A stretch of 32,000 bases of DNA from Aliivibrio fischeri ES114 (GCF_000011805.1 NC_006840.2); one strand, 5' to 3'; counted from the first letter of the stretch, positions 1 through 9,692 are shown. A program made the numbers and translations. The notes: a model not told the origin generated them from the sequence alone.

Positions 1-4
1 GGTC

Positions 5-661
5 ATGACTCAAGACGAGATGAAAAAAGCAGCTGGTTGGGCAGCGTTAGAATACGTAGAAGCTGGCAGCATTGTTGGTGTGGGTACAGGTTCAACCGTA
101 AACCATTTCATCGACGCACTTGCGACCATGAAGAATGAAATTAAAGGCGCAGTATCAAGCTCAGTAGCTTCAACAGAGAAGTTAAAAGAACTGGGTATTG
201 AAGTTTTTGATTGTAATGATGTTGCAGGCCTTGATGTTTATGTTGATGGTGCCGACGAAATTAACGGCAAGAATGAAATGATTAAAGGCGGCGGCGCTGC
301 TCTTACTCGTGAAAAAATCGTTGCTGCAATTTCTGATAAATTTATCTGTATTGTTGATGACACAAAGCAAGTTGATGTTTTAGGTCAATTCCCACTTCCT
401 GTTGAAGTTATTCCAATGGCTCGCTCTTATGTTGCTCGTGAGTTAGTTAAATTAGGTGGCGATCCTGCATACCGTGAAGGCGTAATTACCGATAATGGTA
501 ATGTGATCCTTGATGTTCACGGTATGAAAATTACAGATGCAAAAGATCTAGAAGATAAAATCAATGCTCTTCCAGGCGTAGTAACTGTAGGTTTATTTGC
601 ACACCGCGGTGCAGATGTCCTATTAGTAGGGGCTCCAGAAGGCGTTAAGAAGTTCGACTAA
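5..661 (+). CDS. rpiA: ribose-5-phosphate isomerase A
   Basis: The 218-aa ORF carries the GVGTGST, DGADE and [11 protein letters not shown] motifs typical of RpiA. Its length matches E. coli RpiA (219 aa). Confidence 0.95.
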   Translation: MTQDEMKKAAGWAALEYVEAGSIVGVGTGSTVNHFIDALATMKNEIKGAVSSSVASTEKLKELGIEVFDCNDVAGLDVYVDGADEINGKNEMIKGGGAALTREKIVAAISDKFICIVDDTKQVDVLGQFPLPVEVIPMARSYVARELVKLGGDPAYREGVITDNGNVILDVHGMKITDAKDLEDKINALPGVVTVGLFAHRGADVLLVGAPEGVKKFD

Positions 662-722
662 ATAACTACCTTAACTTAATGTTCCCTTATTTAAGAGGGA
701 GCAAAAATGTTATTTCATTACA

Positions 723-749
723 AACGGTGCTCATTAGCACCGTTTTTTA
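723..749 (+). terminator. rho-independent terminator after rpiA
   Basis: The hairpin AACGGTGCT-catt-AGCACCGTT is followed by a T-run. Confidence 0.7.
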
Positions 750-855
750 TTAACTATTCCGTAATTTTCTTACCCAAACTGATTATTTTTTGATACTTTA
801 TAATCAGCAAGCAATAAATCACATCATAATTTTGTTTTTAAGGATAAGAACGACC

Positions 856-2085
856 ATGGCAAAAGTATCTCTGGAAAAAGAAAAAATCAAAATTCTTCTT
901 TTAGAAGGATTGCATCCATCTTGTGTTGAAGTTTTCCAAGCAGATGGTTACACCAATATTGAATACCACAAAGGTTCACTCTCTGAAGAAGAACTCTTAG
1001 AAGCAGTAAAAGACGTTCATTTTATTGGTCTTCGCTCCCGCACTCAATTAACACAAGAAGTATTTGAGGCTGCAAACAAATTGGTTGCTGTTGGTTGTTT
1101 CTGTATCGGTACAAACCAAGTTGATTTAAAAGCAGCCGCAAAGCGTGGTATTCCAGTATTCAATGCTCCTTTCTCTAATACTCGAAGCGTTGCTGAATTA
1201 GTTTTAGGTCAAATTCTACTATTACTTCGTGGTATCCCAGAAAAGAATGCATTAGCACACCGTGGTATTTGGAAAAAAAGTGCTGACGCTTCTTTTGAAG
1301 CTCGAGGCAAACGTTTGGGTATCATAGGTTATGGACATATCGGTACACAATTAGGCATTTTAGCTGAAAACCTAGGTATGCGAGTTTATTACTACGATAT
1401 CGAAAATAAACTTTCTCTAGGTAACGCAACTCAAATCCCAACCATGAGTGAATTATTAAATAAGTGTGATGTGATCTCTCTACATGTTCCTGAAACAGCT
1501 GGAACAAAAGACATGATGGGTGCAGAAGAATTTGCTCGTATGAAACCAGGGGCTATCTTTATTAACGCTGCACGTGGAACTGTTGTAAAAATTCAAGATC
1601 TATGTGACGCATTAGAGTCTGGGCATTTAGGTGGCGCAGCGGTTGATGTGTTCCCTGTAGAACCAAAAACAAACGCTGACCCATTTGAGTCACCATTACA
1701 AAAGTTTGATAATGTAATCTTAACGCCGCATGTTGGGGGGTCTACTCAAGAAGCTCAAGAAAACATTGGGGTTGAAGTTGCGGGTAAACTAACAAAATAC
1801 TCAGATAATGGTTCAACATTATCATCAGTTAACTTCCCTGAAGTGTCACTTCCTGAACATACTGATACATCACGTTTATTGCATATCCATGAAAACCGTC
1901 CAGGTATTCTAACTCAAATAAACAGTATTTTTGCTAATGAAGGCATTAACATTGCAGCTCAATACTTACAAACATCAGCAGATATGGGCTATGTTGTTAT
2001 TGATGTTGAAACCGCACGAGCTGAAGAAGCTCTGGTTCAACTAAAAGCAATTGAAGGCACTATCCGCGCTCGAATTCTTCATTAA
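856..2085 (+). CDS. serA: D-3-phosphoglycerate dehydrogenase
   Basis: The ORF-track start at 790 is an upstream extension. The ATG at 856 gives MAKVSLEKEKIKILLLEG..., which is colinear with E. coli SerA from residue 1 to the C-terminal GTIRARILH. This start gives 409 aa. Confidence 0.95.
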   Translation: MAKVSLEKEKIKILLLEGLHPSCVEVFQADGYTNIEYHKGSLSEEELLEAVKDVHFIGLRSRTQLTQEVFEAANKLVAVGCFCIGTNQVDLKAAAKRGIPVFNAPFSNTRSVAELVLGQILLLLRGIPEKNALAHRGIWKKSADASFEARGKRLGIIGYGHIGTQLGILAENLGMRVYYYDIENKLSLGNATQIPTMSELLNKCDVISLHVPETAGTKDMMGAEEFARMKPGAIFINAARGTVVKIQDLCDALESGHLGGAAVDVFPVEPKTNADPFESPLQKFDNVILTPHVGGSTQEAQENIGVEVAGKLTKYSDNGSTLSSVNFPEVSLPEHTDTSRLLHIHENRPGILTQINSIFANEGINIAAQYLQTSADMGYVVIDVETARAEEALVQLKAIEGTIRARILH

Positions 2086-2092
2086 GATAAAT

Positions 2093-2126
2093 AAAAAATG
2101 GGCAGCTTAATTAGCTGCCCATTTTA
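2093..2126. terminator. bidirectional terminator between convergent serA and the yggE-like gene
   Basis: The hairpin AAAATGGGCAGCT-taatt-AGCTGCCCATTTT has an A-run on one side and a T-run on the other. Confidence 0.7.
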
Positions 2127-2145
2127 TTCATATTAAATAATGTAA

Positions 2146-2838
2146 TCAGTTAAGTCGATATACAACAGATACAGAGTCAGAAATCACCATTTGGTTATCC
2201 TGATAACTTTCAGCTGTATTTGCAGCGCTATCCATCGCCATGCTTCTCATTAGCACAGGTTGGCTGTAATTATTATGATATGAAACCTTCCAAACCCCTT
2301 TAACTGAAGTTCCAAATCCTTTAGCTAAAGATGCCGCTTTTTCATTCGCATCTTTAATCGCTTCTAAACGAGCCGCTTCAATGTATTGCTTTTCTTTGCT
2401 TGTTTTTAATTCAATATGGTTAATACGATTAATCCCCTCACCCAAGGCTTTATCTAAATAACCATTCAATTTATTTAAATCCATTACAGTAACGGTAATA
2501 TTTCGAGTGGCTTTATAACCAACAAGCTCTGGCTTTTTACCTTTTGGATAACGGTATTCAGGGGTTAAACGAATATTACCACTATTAATATTCTCACGTT
2601 TAACGCCTTGTACTTCTAAGCGAGCTAAAAATCCAGTTACTGCTTTATCCGCAGCCTGTTTCGCTTTTTCTGCTGTTGCTTTACTTTCAACGACATCAAC
2701 TGAGAACTGAGCCATATCTGGTACAACAAAAACCTCACCTTTACCAGAGACTTCTAGGTGAGGAAAATCTGGTGATGCAGCCATTGCTACAGGCGTTAAG
2801 AAAGCTGATAAACATAAAACACTTATTATTTTTTTCAT
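2146..2838 (-). CDS. yggE: SIMPL/DUF541 periplasmic protein (YggE-like oxidative-stress defence protein)
   Basis: The 230-aa ORF has an N-terminal signal peptide (MKKIISVLCLSAFLTPVAMA). It is colinear with my recollection of E. coli YggE, and it sits next to mscS as in E. coli. Confidence 0.8.
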   Translation of the reverse strand: MKKIISVLCLSAFLTPVAMAASPDFPHLEVSGKGEVFVVPDMAQFSVDVVESKATAEKAKQAADKAVTGFLARLEVQGVKRENINSGNIRLTPEYRYPKGKKPELVGYKATRNITVTVMDLNKLNGYLDKALGEGINRINHIELKTSKEKQYIEAARLEAIKDANEKAASLAKGFGTSVKGVWKVSYHNNYSQPVLMRSMAMDSAANTAESYQDNQMVISDSVSVVYRLN

Positions 2839-2916
2839 TTTTTATTCTCAAGATAATGTCATATTGCTATGACTCTAATAACAGCAAATAATTCCTTATC
2901 ATTATGCATGTTAAGG

Positions 2917-2948
2917 CAAAAAAAATGCTACCCGAAGGTAGCATTTAA
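2917..2948 (-). terminator. rho-independent terminator after mscS
   Basis: The hairpin ATGCTACC-cgaa-GGTAGCAT has a plus-strand A-run on its left, which reads as a T-run after the hairpin on the minus strand. Confidence 0.65.
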
Positions 2949-2968
2949 TATTTTGATTTAAATAAAAA

Positions 2969-3829
2969 TTAATCTACTTTATTTAAATGAACATCCATTT
3001 GTGGGAATGGGATCTCAATACCTTCATTATCTAGGCCTTCTTTAATCGCTTGAAGCGTATCAAAGTAAACATCCCAATACTCAGCAGTTTTACACCACGG
3101 GCGAACAACAAAGTTTACAGATGAATCAGCTAGAGCAACAACACCAACCGTTGGAGCAGGTGTTTTCAATACACGAGGATCTGACTCAAGTACTTTTGTA
3201 ATGACTTCTTTTGTTTTCTTAAGATCCGCACTATAAGAAACACCAATAACATGATCTACACGACGCGTTGCATGGCGAGAATAGTTTGTAATTGGGCTAC
3301 CAATAACACCACCATTTGGTACTACAACCATTTTGTTATCAGGTGTAGTTAGGATCGTTTGGAAAATTTGAATTGAATCAACTGACCCCGCAACACCACC
3401 AATCTCAACATAATCGCCAGATTTAAATGGACGGAAAGCAACAATCAATACACCAGCTGCAAAGTTTGATAGAGAGCCTTGAAGCGCTAAACCAACCGCT
3501 AAACCAGCCGCACCAATCACAGCAACAACCGATGCTGTTTGTACGCCAACTTTACCTAATGCAGCAATTAATACGATGATGAATAAAAGGTAACGAACAA
3601 GAGTGTGAACAAAGTCAACAACCGCTTTATCCATCTTTTTCTTTTTAAGTACGTTACTTACACTGTTCGCTACTTTTTTTACGATAATGTTACCGATAAA
3701 AAGAATCGCGAGAGCTGAAATAATGTTTACACCATAAGTAATAAACAATTCAGTATTATCTGTTAGCCAATGCTCTAAGTTAGCTACGCCAGTTGTAGCT
3801 AAATCAGTTACAGCGCCTTGATCTGCCAT
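2969..3829 (-). CDS. mscS: small-conductance mechanosensitive channel MscS
   Basis: The ORF is 286 aa, the same length as E. coli MscS. The pore-helix block GVQTASVVAVIGAAGLAVGLALQGSLSNFAAGVLIV is nearly identical, and the C-terminus has PFPQMDV. Confidence 0.93.
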   Translation of the reverse strand: MADQGAVTDLATTGVANLEHWLTDNTELFITYGVNIISALAILFIGNIIVKKVANSVSNVLKKKKMDKAVVDFVHTLVRYLLFIIVLIAALGKVGVQTASVVAVIGAAGLAVGLALQGSLSNFAAGVLIVAFRPFKSGDYVEIGGVAGSVDSIQIFQTILTTPDNKMVVVPNGGVIGSPITNYSRHATRRVDHVIGVSYSADLKKTKEVITKVLESDPRVLKTPAPTVGVVALADSSVNFVVRPWCKTAEYWDVYFDTLQAIKEGLDNEGIEIPFPQMDVHLNKVD

Positions 3830-4069
3830 TTGATTTGTCCTTTTATAGTTATTCTCAAAAAATTGAGAGGGTTGCCATTATTTTGACATTACGCCGATTT
3901 TAACACTTTCTGTGTTAACTTGGGGGTAAAATCCATTTTAAAACCTGATTATTTCACTACTTTCTCTTCTATAAGAAGCTGAAAAAGTTTAAATTACAAC
4001 CACCTAGTTAATATAACCAGTTAAACACAAATGTGAAACACTTTATTGACATTTCATTTATTAAAATAT

Positions 4070-4855
4070 TTATTTATTCTGCTCTTCTCGCTTAAAGACT
4101 AACGTCGTTGCTGTTGATTCCGCCTCAACAAAGTAATATCCATCACTATCAAAACTCTTTAGTTCTTCAACATTAGAAATCTTATTTTGAATAATAAAGC
4201 GAGCCATTAATCCACGAGCTTTTTTCGCATAAAAACTAATAATTTTATACTGTCCATTTTTGCAATCTTTAAATACAGGAGTAACAATATCTGCTTTTAG
4301 CTCCTTTGGCTTAACCGATTTAAAGTACTCATTAGATGCTAAATTAACTAGTGTTTCAGAACCTTGAGCTTCTAACTCTTGGTTAAGTTTATTGGTGATT
4401 AAACTTCCCCAAAATTGATACAAATTTGAACCTCGCCCATTTTCAAGTTTAGTTCCCATTTCAAGACGATAAGGCTGCATTAAATCCAGTGGCTTTAATA
4501 GTCCATACAAGCCAGATAACATTCTCAAATTGGTTTGAGCGTACTCAATCTCACTCTCACTCAAACTGTTCGCATCTAAACCTGTGTATACATCCCCTTT
4601 AAAAGCAAATAAGGCAGGTCGAGCATTCTCTTGAGTAAACGTCGTTGACCACTCTTCAAAGCGAACAGCATTTAAACTGGCAATTTTATCACTTACTTTC
4701 ATTAACTTAGCGATATCAACAGGCGTTAATGTTCTGCATGCCTTAATTAACTCAGCCGAATCTGAAATGAAATCAGGTTGAGTAAAAGCAGATGTTGGTA
4801 GCGGTGTTTCATAATCGAGTGTTTTTGCTGGAGAAACCACAATAAGCATGAGCAA
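4070..4855 (-). CDS. yaaA: peroxide stress protein YaaA (UPF0246/DUF328)
   Basis: The N-terminal SPAKTLDY and the [18 protein letters not shown] and LVFKR blocks are colinear with E. coli YaaA (258 aa). The true start may instead be the second Met, at 4849. Confidence 0.9.
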   Translation of the reverse strand: MLMLIVVSPAKTLDYETPLPTSAFTQPDFISDSAELIKACRTLTPVDIAKLMKVSDKIASLNAVRFEEWSTTFTQENARPALFAFKGDVYTGLDANSLSESEIEYAQTNLRMLSGLYGLLKPLDLMQPYRLEMGTKLENGRGSNLYQFWGSLITNKLNQELEAQGSETLVNLASNEYFKSVKPKELKADIVTPVFKDCKNGQYKIISFYAKKARGLMARFIIQNKISNVEELKSFDSDGYYFVEAESTATTLVFKREEQNK

Positions 4856-4902
4856 GATATCCCTTTGTATTTTTATATATACAAGATATTAACGATTCAA
4901 AT

Positions 4903-4930
4903 AAAAAAAAGCCACGCTCGAATGCATGGC
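4903..4930 (-). terminator. probable terminator after the yaaJ-type symporter gene
   Basis: The imperfect hairpin GCCACGC-tcgaat-GCATGGC lies next to a plus-strand A8 run, which reads as T8 after the hairpin on the minus strand. Confidence 0.55.
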
Positions 4931-4963
4931 TTTATCTATTTATTTGATGGGCAAAAACAATGA

Positions 4964-6397
4964 CTATTTTTGCTCTTTTGTATTATCCCAAATCCCTTCC
5001 TCTAATTGAGAGTGAAGCTCTGGATAATCTTTACTATCAAAGGTAGGTAATTTACCTTCTTTAAGTTGCTTATTATAATCTTTAGCAAGCTTAATCACGG
5101 TTCCTGACAGCAATGCGATAGCTATTAAGTTTACAATTGCCATTAATCCCATTGATACGTCCGCTAATGCCCATACAGTAGGTAATGAGGATAACGCTCC
5201 AAACATCACCATACCCAGAACGATCACTCGGAAAATACCAATGCCCGCTTTATGATTATGTTCTAAGAAGATTAAATTCGTTTCTGCATAAGAGTAGTTG
5301 GCAATAATCGAAGTAAAAGCGAAAAAGAAAATCGCTACAGCAACAAAAATACCGCCCCAATCACCAACTTGACTTGTTAATGCTAACTGAGTTAATTCAA
5401 TACCCGTGACTTCACCATGAGGAACATACTCACCAGACATTAAAATGATAGCCACTGTCGCAGAACAAATCACAATTGTATCCATGAATACACCTAGCAT
5501 TTGCACATAACCTTGAGATGCTGGGTGCGGAGGATATGGTGTCGCAGATGCAGCAGCATTCGGAGCTGAACCCATACCGGCCTCATTCGAGAACAAACCA
5601 CGCTTAATACCATTAATCATAGCTTGAGCTATTGCATAACCTAAACCACCTGCGGCAGCTTCTTGTAGGCCAAATGCACTCTTGAATATCAAGCTAATCA
5701 CACTTGGTAGCTTTTCAATGTTGGTAAACATGATAAAGAAAGCAATTGCCAAGTAGGCTAAAGCCATTACTGGAACAACAATTTCAGCAGTACGTGCAAT
5801 TGTTCTAAATCCGCCAAAAATAACAACCGCAGATAAAATGACAATCGCAACACCAACATACAAAGGTTTCCAACCAAATGCAGTTTGCATTGCACCAACG
5901 ATAGAGTTGGCTTGAACAGCGTTAAATACAAGACCAAATGCGATGATTAAAAATACTGAAAAAAGCACGCCCATCCAGCGCATTCCAAGTCCCTTCTCCA
6001 TATAATAGGCAGGACCACCACGATAATTACCGTCATCGTCTTTGGTTTTATATAATTGCGCTAATGTGCTTTCTGCAAATGATGTTGCCATACCTAACAT
6101 CGCAATCAACCACATCCAAAAAATAGCACCTGGACCACCAGCGGTAAGCGCAACAGCTACCCCTGCCATGTTCCCGGTACCAACTCGAGCAGCTAAACTC
6201 GTACATAATGCTTGGAATGATGATATACCTGATGTGTCTGACTTTCGACTGTCCTTCAATACCGAAAACATATGTCCAAAATGGCGGAATTGAATAAAAC
6301 CTAATCGAACAGTGAAGTAGATACCGATAGCAACTAATAAATATACAAGTACTGAACCCCATAATAGGTCATTCAATAAATTAATAAGACTTGCCAC
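4964..6397 (-). CDS. yaaJ: alanine/glycine:cation symporter (AGCS family, YaaJ-like)
   Basis: The 477-aa polytopic membrane protein has the AGCS blocks FQALCTSLAARVGTGNMAGVA, GGPGAIFWMW and FSNEAGMGSAPNAAA, colinear with E. coli YaaJ. It uses a GTG start at 6395-6397, preceded by GAGGGG. Confidence 0.9.
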   Translation of the reverse strand: MASLINLLNDLLWGSVLVYLLVAIGIYFTVRLGFIQFRHFGHMFSVLKDSRKSDTSGISSFQALCTSLAARVGTGNMAGVAVALTAGGPGAIFWMWLIAMLGMATSFAESTLAQLYKTKDDDGNYRGGPAYYMEKGLGMRWMGVLFSVFLIIAFGLVFNAVQANSIVGAMQTAFGWKPLYVGVAIVILSAVVIFGGFRTIARTAEIVVPVMALAYLAIAFFIMFTNIEKLPSVISLIFKSAFGLQEAAAGGLGYAIAQAMINGIKRGLFSNEAGMGSAPNAAASATPYPPHPASQGYVQMLGVFMDTIVICSATVAIILMSGEYVPHGEVTGIELTQLALTSQVGDWGGIFVAVAIFFFAFTSIIANYSYAETNLIFLEHNHKAGIGIFRVIVLGMVMFGALSSLPTVWALADVSMGLMAIVNLIAIALLSGTVIKLAKDYNKQLKEGKLPTFDSKDYPELHSQLEEGIWDNTKEQK

Positions 6398-7114
6398 TTT
6401 TTCCCCTCAGTTACATTCGTAAAAACACATACACACTTAACTATTATTAAGTGTCCCCTTCTCGCTCTAATCTTAAGCTTACAATTCTATTAATTATGGG
6501 ATTAACCCTTTATTCACTTTCATGAATTATTTATGCATTCATGCCGCTTAAGATTGGCGTGCTGAATGATGATCAGTATTTGATAAAAAATCAATAGAAA
6601 ACACATGTACTGAGGGCGACACTTTTTCTACAACTTCAGAAAAAAGTGCAATAAAGGCAACAAATAGTACGCATATTAATGACATTTCAATCAACAAAAT
6701 CACAAAATAAGATTGGAATTATGAAAAATAAATACTCATGATTTAAATGAATGCTTAATAGAAAACAACAAGATACTTGATGCAATATTACCAATCATTT
6801 TTTAATACCTACCATAATAGCGAAACATCGTTTGCTAATAAACCGAATGACAGCAGATAACCTTCAGTATTCTTGTTAACAAAAATCAAACATAAAAAAT
6901 TTAGCTATCTTTTGATTTTTTATTACTTTATGACGCTCATTTTGAGTTTTAATCATCTATATATTGCATTTAAGTGATCGTTATCTCATAAAAAATTCAT
7001 AAAAAATCAACAAATGAGAAACAGTTCAAGGTCATAATCTATTCTCTATGATACTTAATAGCATGCTAAATGGATGGTTTTACTCTTTGTAATAATTAAT
7101 AAAATGAGGTGCTT

Positions 7115-7294
7115 ATGGATGGGTACACACTAAACGATATATTAGCAACGAAAACAACAACGACAAAAAAGAAGCAAGCCAAACGTCTATGGCGTGAGAT
7201 TGAAGAGATTCAAGATCGTCGTCAATTATTACATGAGCTTAAAGAGCTCGACCCTTTTTTCAACGGCAATCTAGACGATGTTTATCTAAAATAA
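7115..7294 (+). CDS. small DUF3545-family protein (about 59 aa)
   Basis: The tracked ORF starts at a GTG at 7109. The ATG at 7115 lies a few nt after the Shine-Dalgarno-like TGAGGTG and is the likelier start. The KRLWREIEEIQDRRQL motif matches the (K/R)KWREIE signature I recall for DUF3545 (proteins of about 60 aa). A strong terminator follows. Confidence 0.7.
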   Translation: MDGYTLNDILATKTTTTKKKQAKRLWREIEEIQDRRQLLHELKELDPFFNGNLDDVYLK

Positions 7295-7298
7295 TCAA

Positions 7299-7330
7299 TA
7301 AAAAAGGAGAGTCTAGTGCTCTCCTTTTTT
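7299..7330. terminator. bidirectional terminator between DUF3545 and hemerythrin genes
   Basis: The hairpin AAAAAAGGAGAG-tctagtg-CTCTCCTTTTTT sits between the two convergent genes. Confidence 0.75.
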
Positions 7331-7342
7331 ATGAAATGACCT

Positions 7343-7870
7343 TTACCTAACTTTTTTCGCTAATTCTCGATAACGTTTATCAACGGTCTCACCAAAAACA
7401 GGGTCATCCATTTCTTTCCATCCTTTCTCAAGGGCATCCCAATCGTCCGTTGTTAAGTGCGCTTTTAAAAAAGGAAAAATCTCTTGCTCTTCTTGTTCTA
7501 AATGATCTTTTATGCGTTTAGTAAATGCCTTCAAATGAGCTTTAAATATGTCTTTAGGCACAATGGCATCATTTAGAATCATATCAATCGTAATTGAAAA
7601 GTCTTCAGTATCTTGTGAAAGAGTATGATGCGCTTCAAGCAAATCACTTACCCCCTCATGTTTACCATAATGATCAATGTAATATTGATAAATCATATCT
7701 TCTTTAGGATGATGAGTTTTTTCAGCAAAAGAAGATAAATAATCAACACCTTCACGAATTACATTATAGTTAACTGTTTTTTCATCCTCTAAACGTTCCA
7801 ACTTACTATCAAGTAATTTCACAATACGATTTATGTATCCATGCTCCTTATAAATACTTTCAATAAGCAT
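7343..7870 (-). CDS. hemerythrin-like (HHE cation-binding) domain protein
   Basis: The 175-aa helical protein has spaced His/Glu/Asp ligand candidates (HHPKED, EAHH, DHLEQEE) typical of hemerythrin-like domains. A strong Shine-Dalgarno AAGGAGG lies upstream of the ATG. This is a family-level call only. Confidence 0.75.
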   Translation of the reverse strand: MLIESIYKEHGYINRIVKLLDSKLERLEDEKTVNYNVIREGVDYLSSFAEKTHHPKEDMIYQYYIDHYGKHEGVSDLLEAHHTLSQDTEDFSITIDMILNDAIVPKDIFKAHLKAFTKRIKDHLEQEEQEIFPFLKAHLTTDDWDALEKGWKEMDDPVFGETVDKRYRELAKKVR

Positions 7871-7959
7871 CCTGTCCTCCTTTACTTTGTAAACTATTAC
7901 AATAGATAAGTGTATATCATCAGTATGAGAGCACAGGATTTAGTTCAAATTTCATCCAG

Positions 7960-8634
7960 TTAACTTGATGTAACCGCTCCCCAATTGATTTCAGATAAGT
8001 TTTGCTTGCGTAATAATTCATTCGTTTGTGAAAAATGCTTACAACCAAAAAAACCACGATGTGCAGATAATGGAGATGGATGAGGTGCCTGAAGAATAAA
8101 ATGACGACTTGTATCAATATTCGCTCCTTTTTTCTGAGCGTGAGCCCCCCACAATAAAAAAATAACGCCTTCCATATCATCATTGATTTTTTTGATGATG
8201 GCATCCGTGAAGGTTTCCCAACCAAACTTGGCATGAGAATGAGCTTTTGCTTCCTCAACGGTCAGAACCGTGTTCAACAACAGCACCCCTTGTTCTGCCC
8301 ATGTTTTTAAATATCCATGTTCAGGAATAGTAAAACCGGGAATATCCTCAGCCAGTTCTTTATACATATTACGTAAAGAAGGAGGAATTTTTACTCCTGG
8401 TAACACAGAAAAGGACAAACCATGTGCTTGACCCTCTCCGTGATAAGGGTCTTGGCCAAGAATCACCACTTTAACGTCATGAAAAGGAGTTAAATCAAAC
8501 GCAGTAAAAATATGCTCTTCTTTTGGGAAAATAGATTTTCCAAGAGAACGTTGGGCATCAATCTTTTCCGACATAGACTGATAGTAAGCCTTCTTTTTTT
8601 CTGCTGATATAATAGAGTTCCAAGTTAATGCCAT
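7960..8634 (-). CDS. ung: uracil-DNA glycosylase
   Basis: The ORF has the catalytic water-activating loop GQDPYHG, plus [15 protein letters not shown] and HPSPLSA. It is 224 aa against 229 aa in E. coli. Confidence 0.96.
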   Translation of the reverse strand: MALTWNSIISAEKKKAYYQSMSEKIDAQRSLGKSIFPKEEHIFTAFDLTPFHDVKVVILGQDPYHGEGQAHGLSFSVLPGVKIPPSLRNMYKELAEDIPGFTIPEHGYLKTWAEQGVLLLNTVLTVEEAKAHSHAKFGWETFTDAIIKKINDDMEGVIFLLWGAHAQKKGANIDTSRHFILQAPHPSPLSAHRGFFGCKHFSQTNELLRKQNLSEINWGAVTSS

Positions 8635-9481
8635 TATTTTTTCTCACTCAGCGTTCTTAATTGAGCTATCTCATCTTTCCAAATATCAGGATCAATCGTT
8701 TCCAAAACTAGCGGTATATTATTAAATCGGTCATCCTGCATAATATATTCAAAGCAATCCCAACCTATCGTTCCTTGTCCCAATGAATGATGGCGATCAA
8801 CTCGACTGCCTAATTCGATTTTGCATCATTGATATGCATACCTCGTAAATTTGAAGAACCAACAATACGTTCGAATTCAGCGAAAGTATGTTCACACGCT
8901 TCTTTTGAACTTAAATCGTATCCAGCAGCAAACGTATGGCAAGTATCAATGCAAATCCCTACTCGAGATTTATCTTCGACCTGTTCAATAATTTGAGCCA
9001 GTTGTTCAAATTTCCATCCCAAATTGGTTCCTTGCCCTGCCGTATTTTCAATAACAGCAACAACATCGGGAACCGCTTGGTGTGCAAAATTGATCGATTC
9101 AGCAATTAAAGATATACATTCATCTTCTGAAATTTTTTTCAAATGACTTCCTGGATGAAAATTTAATAACGTTAAACCAAGTTGATGGCAGCGCTCCATT
9201 TCATCAATAAAAGCCGCTCGTGATTTTTCAAGCTTCTCAGTTTCAGGCGCACCTAAATTAATTAAGTATGAGTCATGCGGTAGTATTTGCTCACTACTAA
9301 AGCCAAATCGCTTACAGTTAGCCTTAAAATCAGAGATGATTTTCTTTGTTAATGGTTTTGCTACCCATTGACGTTGGTTTTTTGTAAATAAAGCAAAGGC
9401 ATTAGCACCAATTTGATAAGCGCGTTTTGGCGCTTGATCAACACCACCTGCAGCAGATACATGCGCACCAATATATTTCAT
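8634..9481 (-). pseudogene. nfo: endonuclease IV (nfo), interrupted by a 1-nt frameshift near 8816-8818
   Basis: ORF 8810..9481 encodes residues 1-223 ([13 protein letters not shown]...[10 protein letters not shown]). A different reading frame on the same strand at 8634..8816 encodes [60 protein letters not shown]. This matches the E. coli Nfo C-terminus (..[36 protein letters not shown]). Restoring one base gives about 282 aa. Confidence 0.85.
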
Positions 9482-9692
9482 CTCTGTTATTTCCTTTCAA
9501 AATTTATTTCGTCTTATTATTACGGTAAACACTTTATTTGTCAGTACTTCTCTGCCCTACCTACAATTGGTTATATAAATCACAAATGAGGTAAATAGCT
9601 AATTTTGTAGTAAATTTACCACAAAACAGAAAAAGACAAATAAAACCAATAACCATAAAAAATGTGCTACAAGCAAGCTATATGGAACTTTA

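Noticed and set aside
790-855. N-terminal extensions in the ORF track for serA (790), gltB (21513, TTG), yhcC (21076), arcB (20059) and DUF3545 (7109, GTG)
   Set aside because: Internal Met codons with better Shine-Dalgarno sequences give N-termini colinear with the E. coli orthologues. The extensions have no homologous counterpart.
6398-6660. Possible glycine riboswitch in the leader of the alanine/glycine symporter gene
   Set aside because: I read the minus-strand leader and found only a loose GAGAAGGGGAC string. The tandem aptamer cores (GGAGAG...CACCGAAGGGGCAA-type) are not present. An Infernal scan would be the decisive check.
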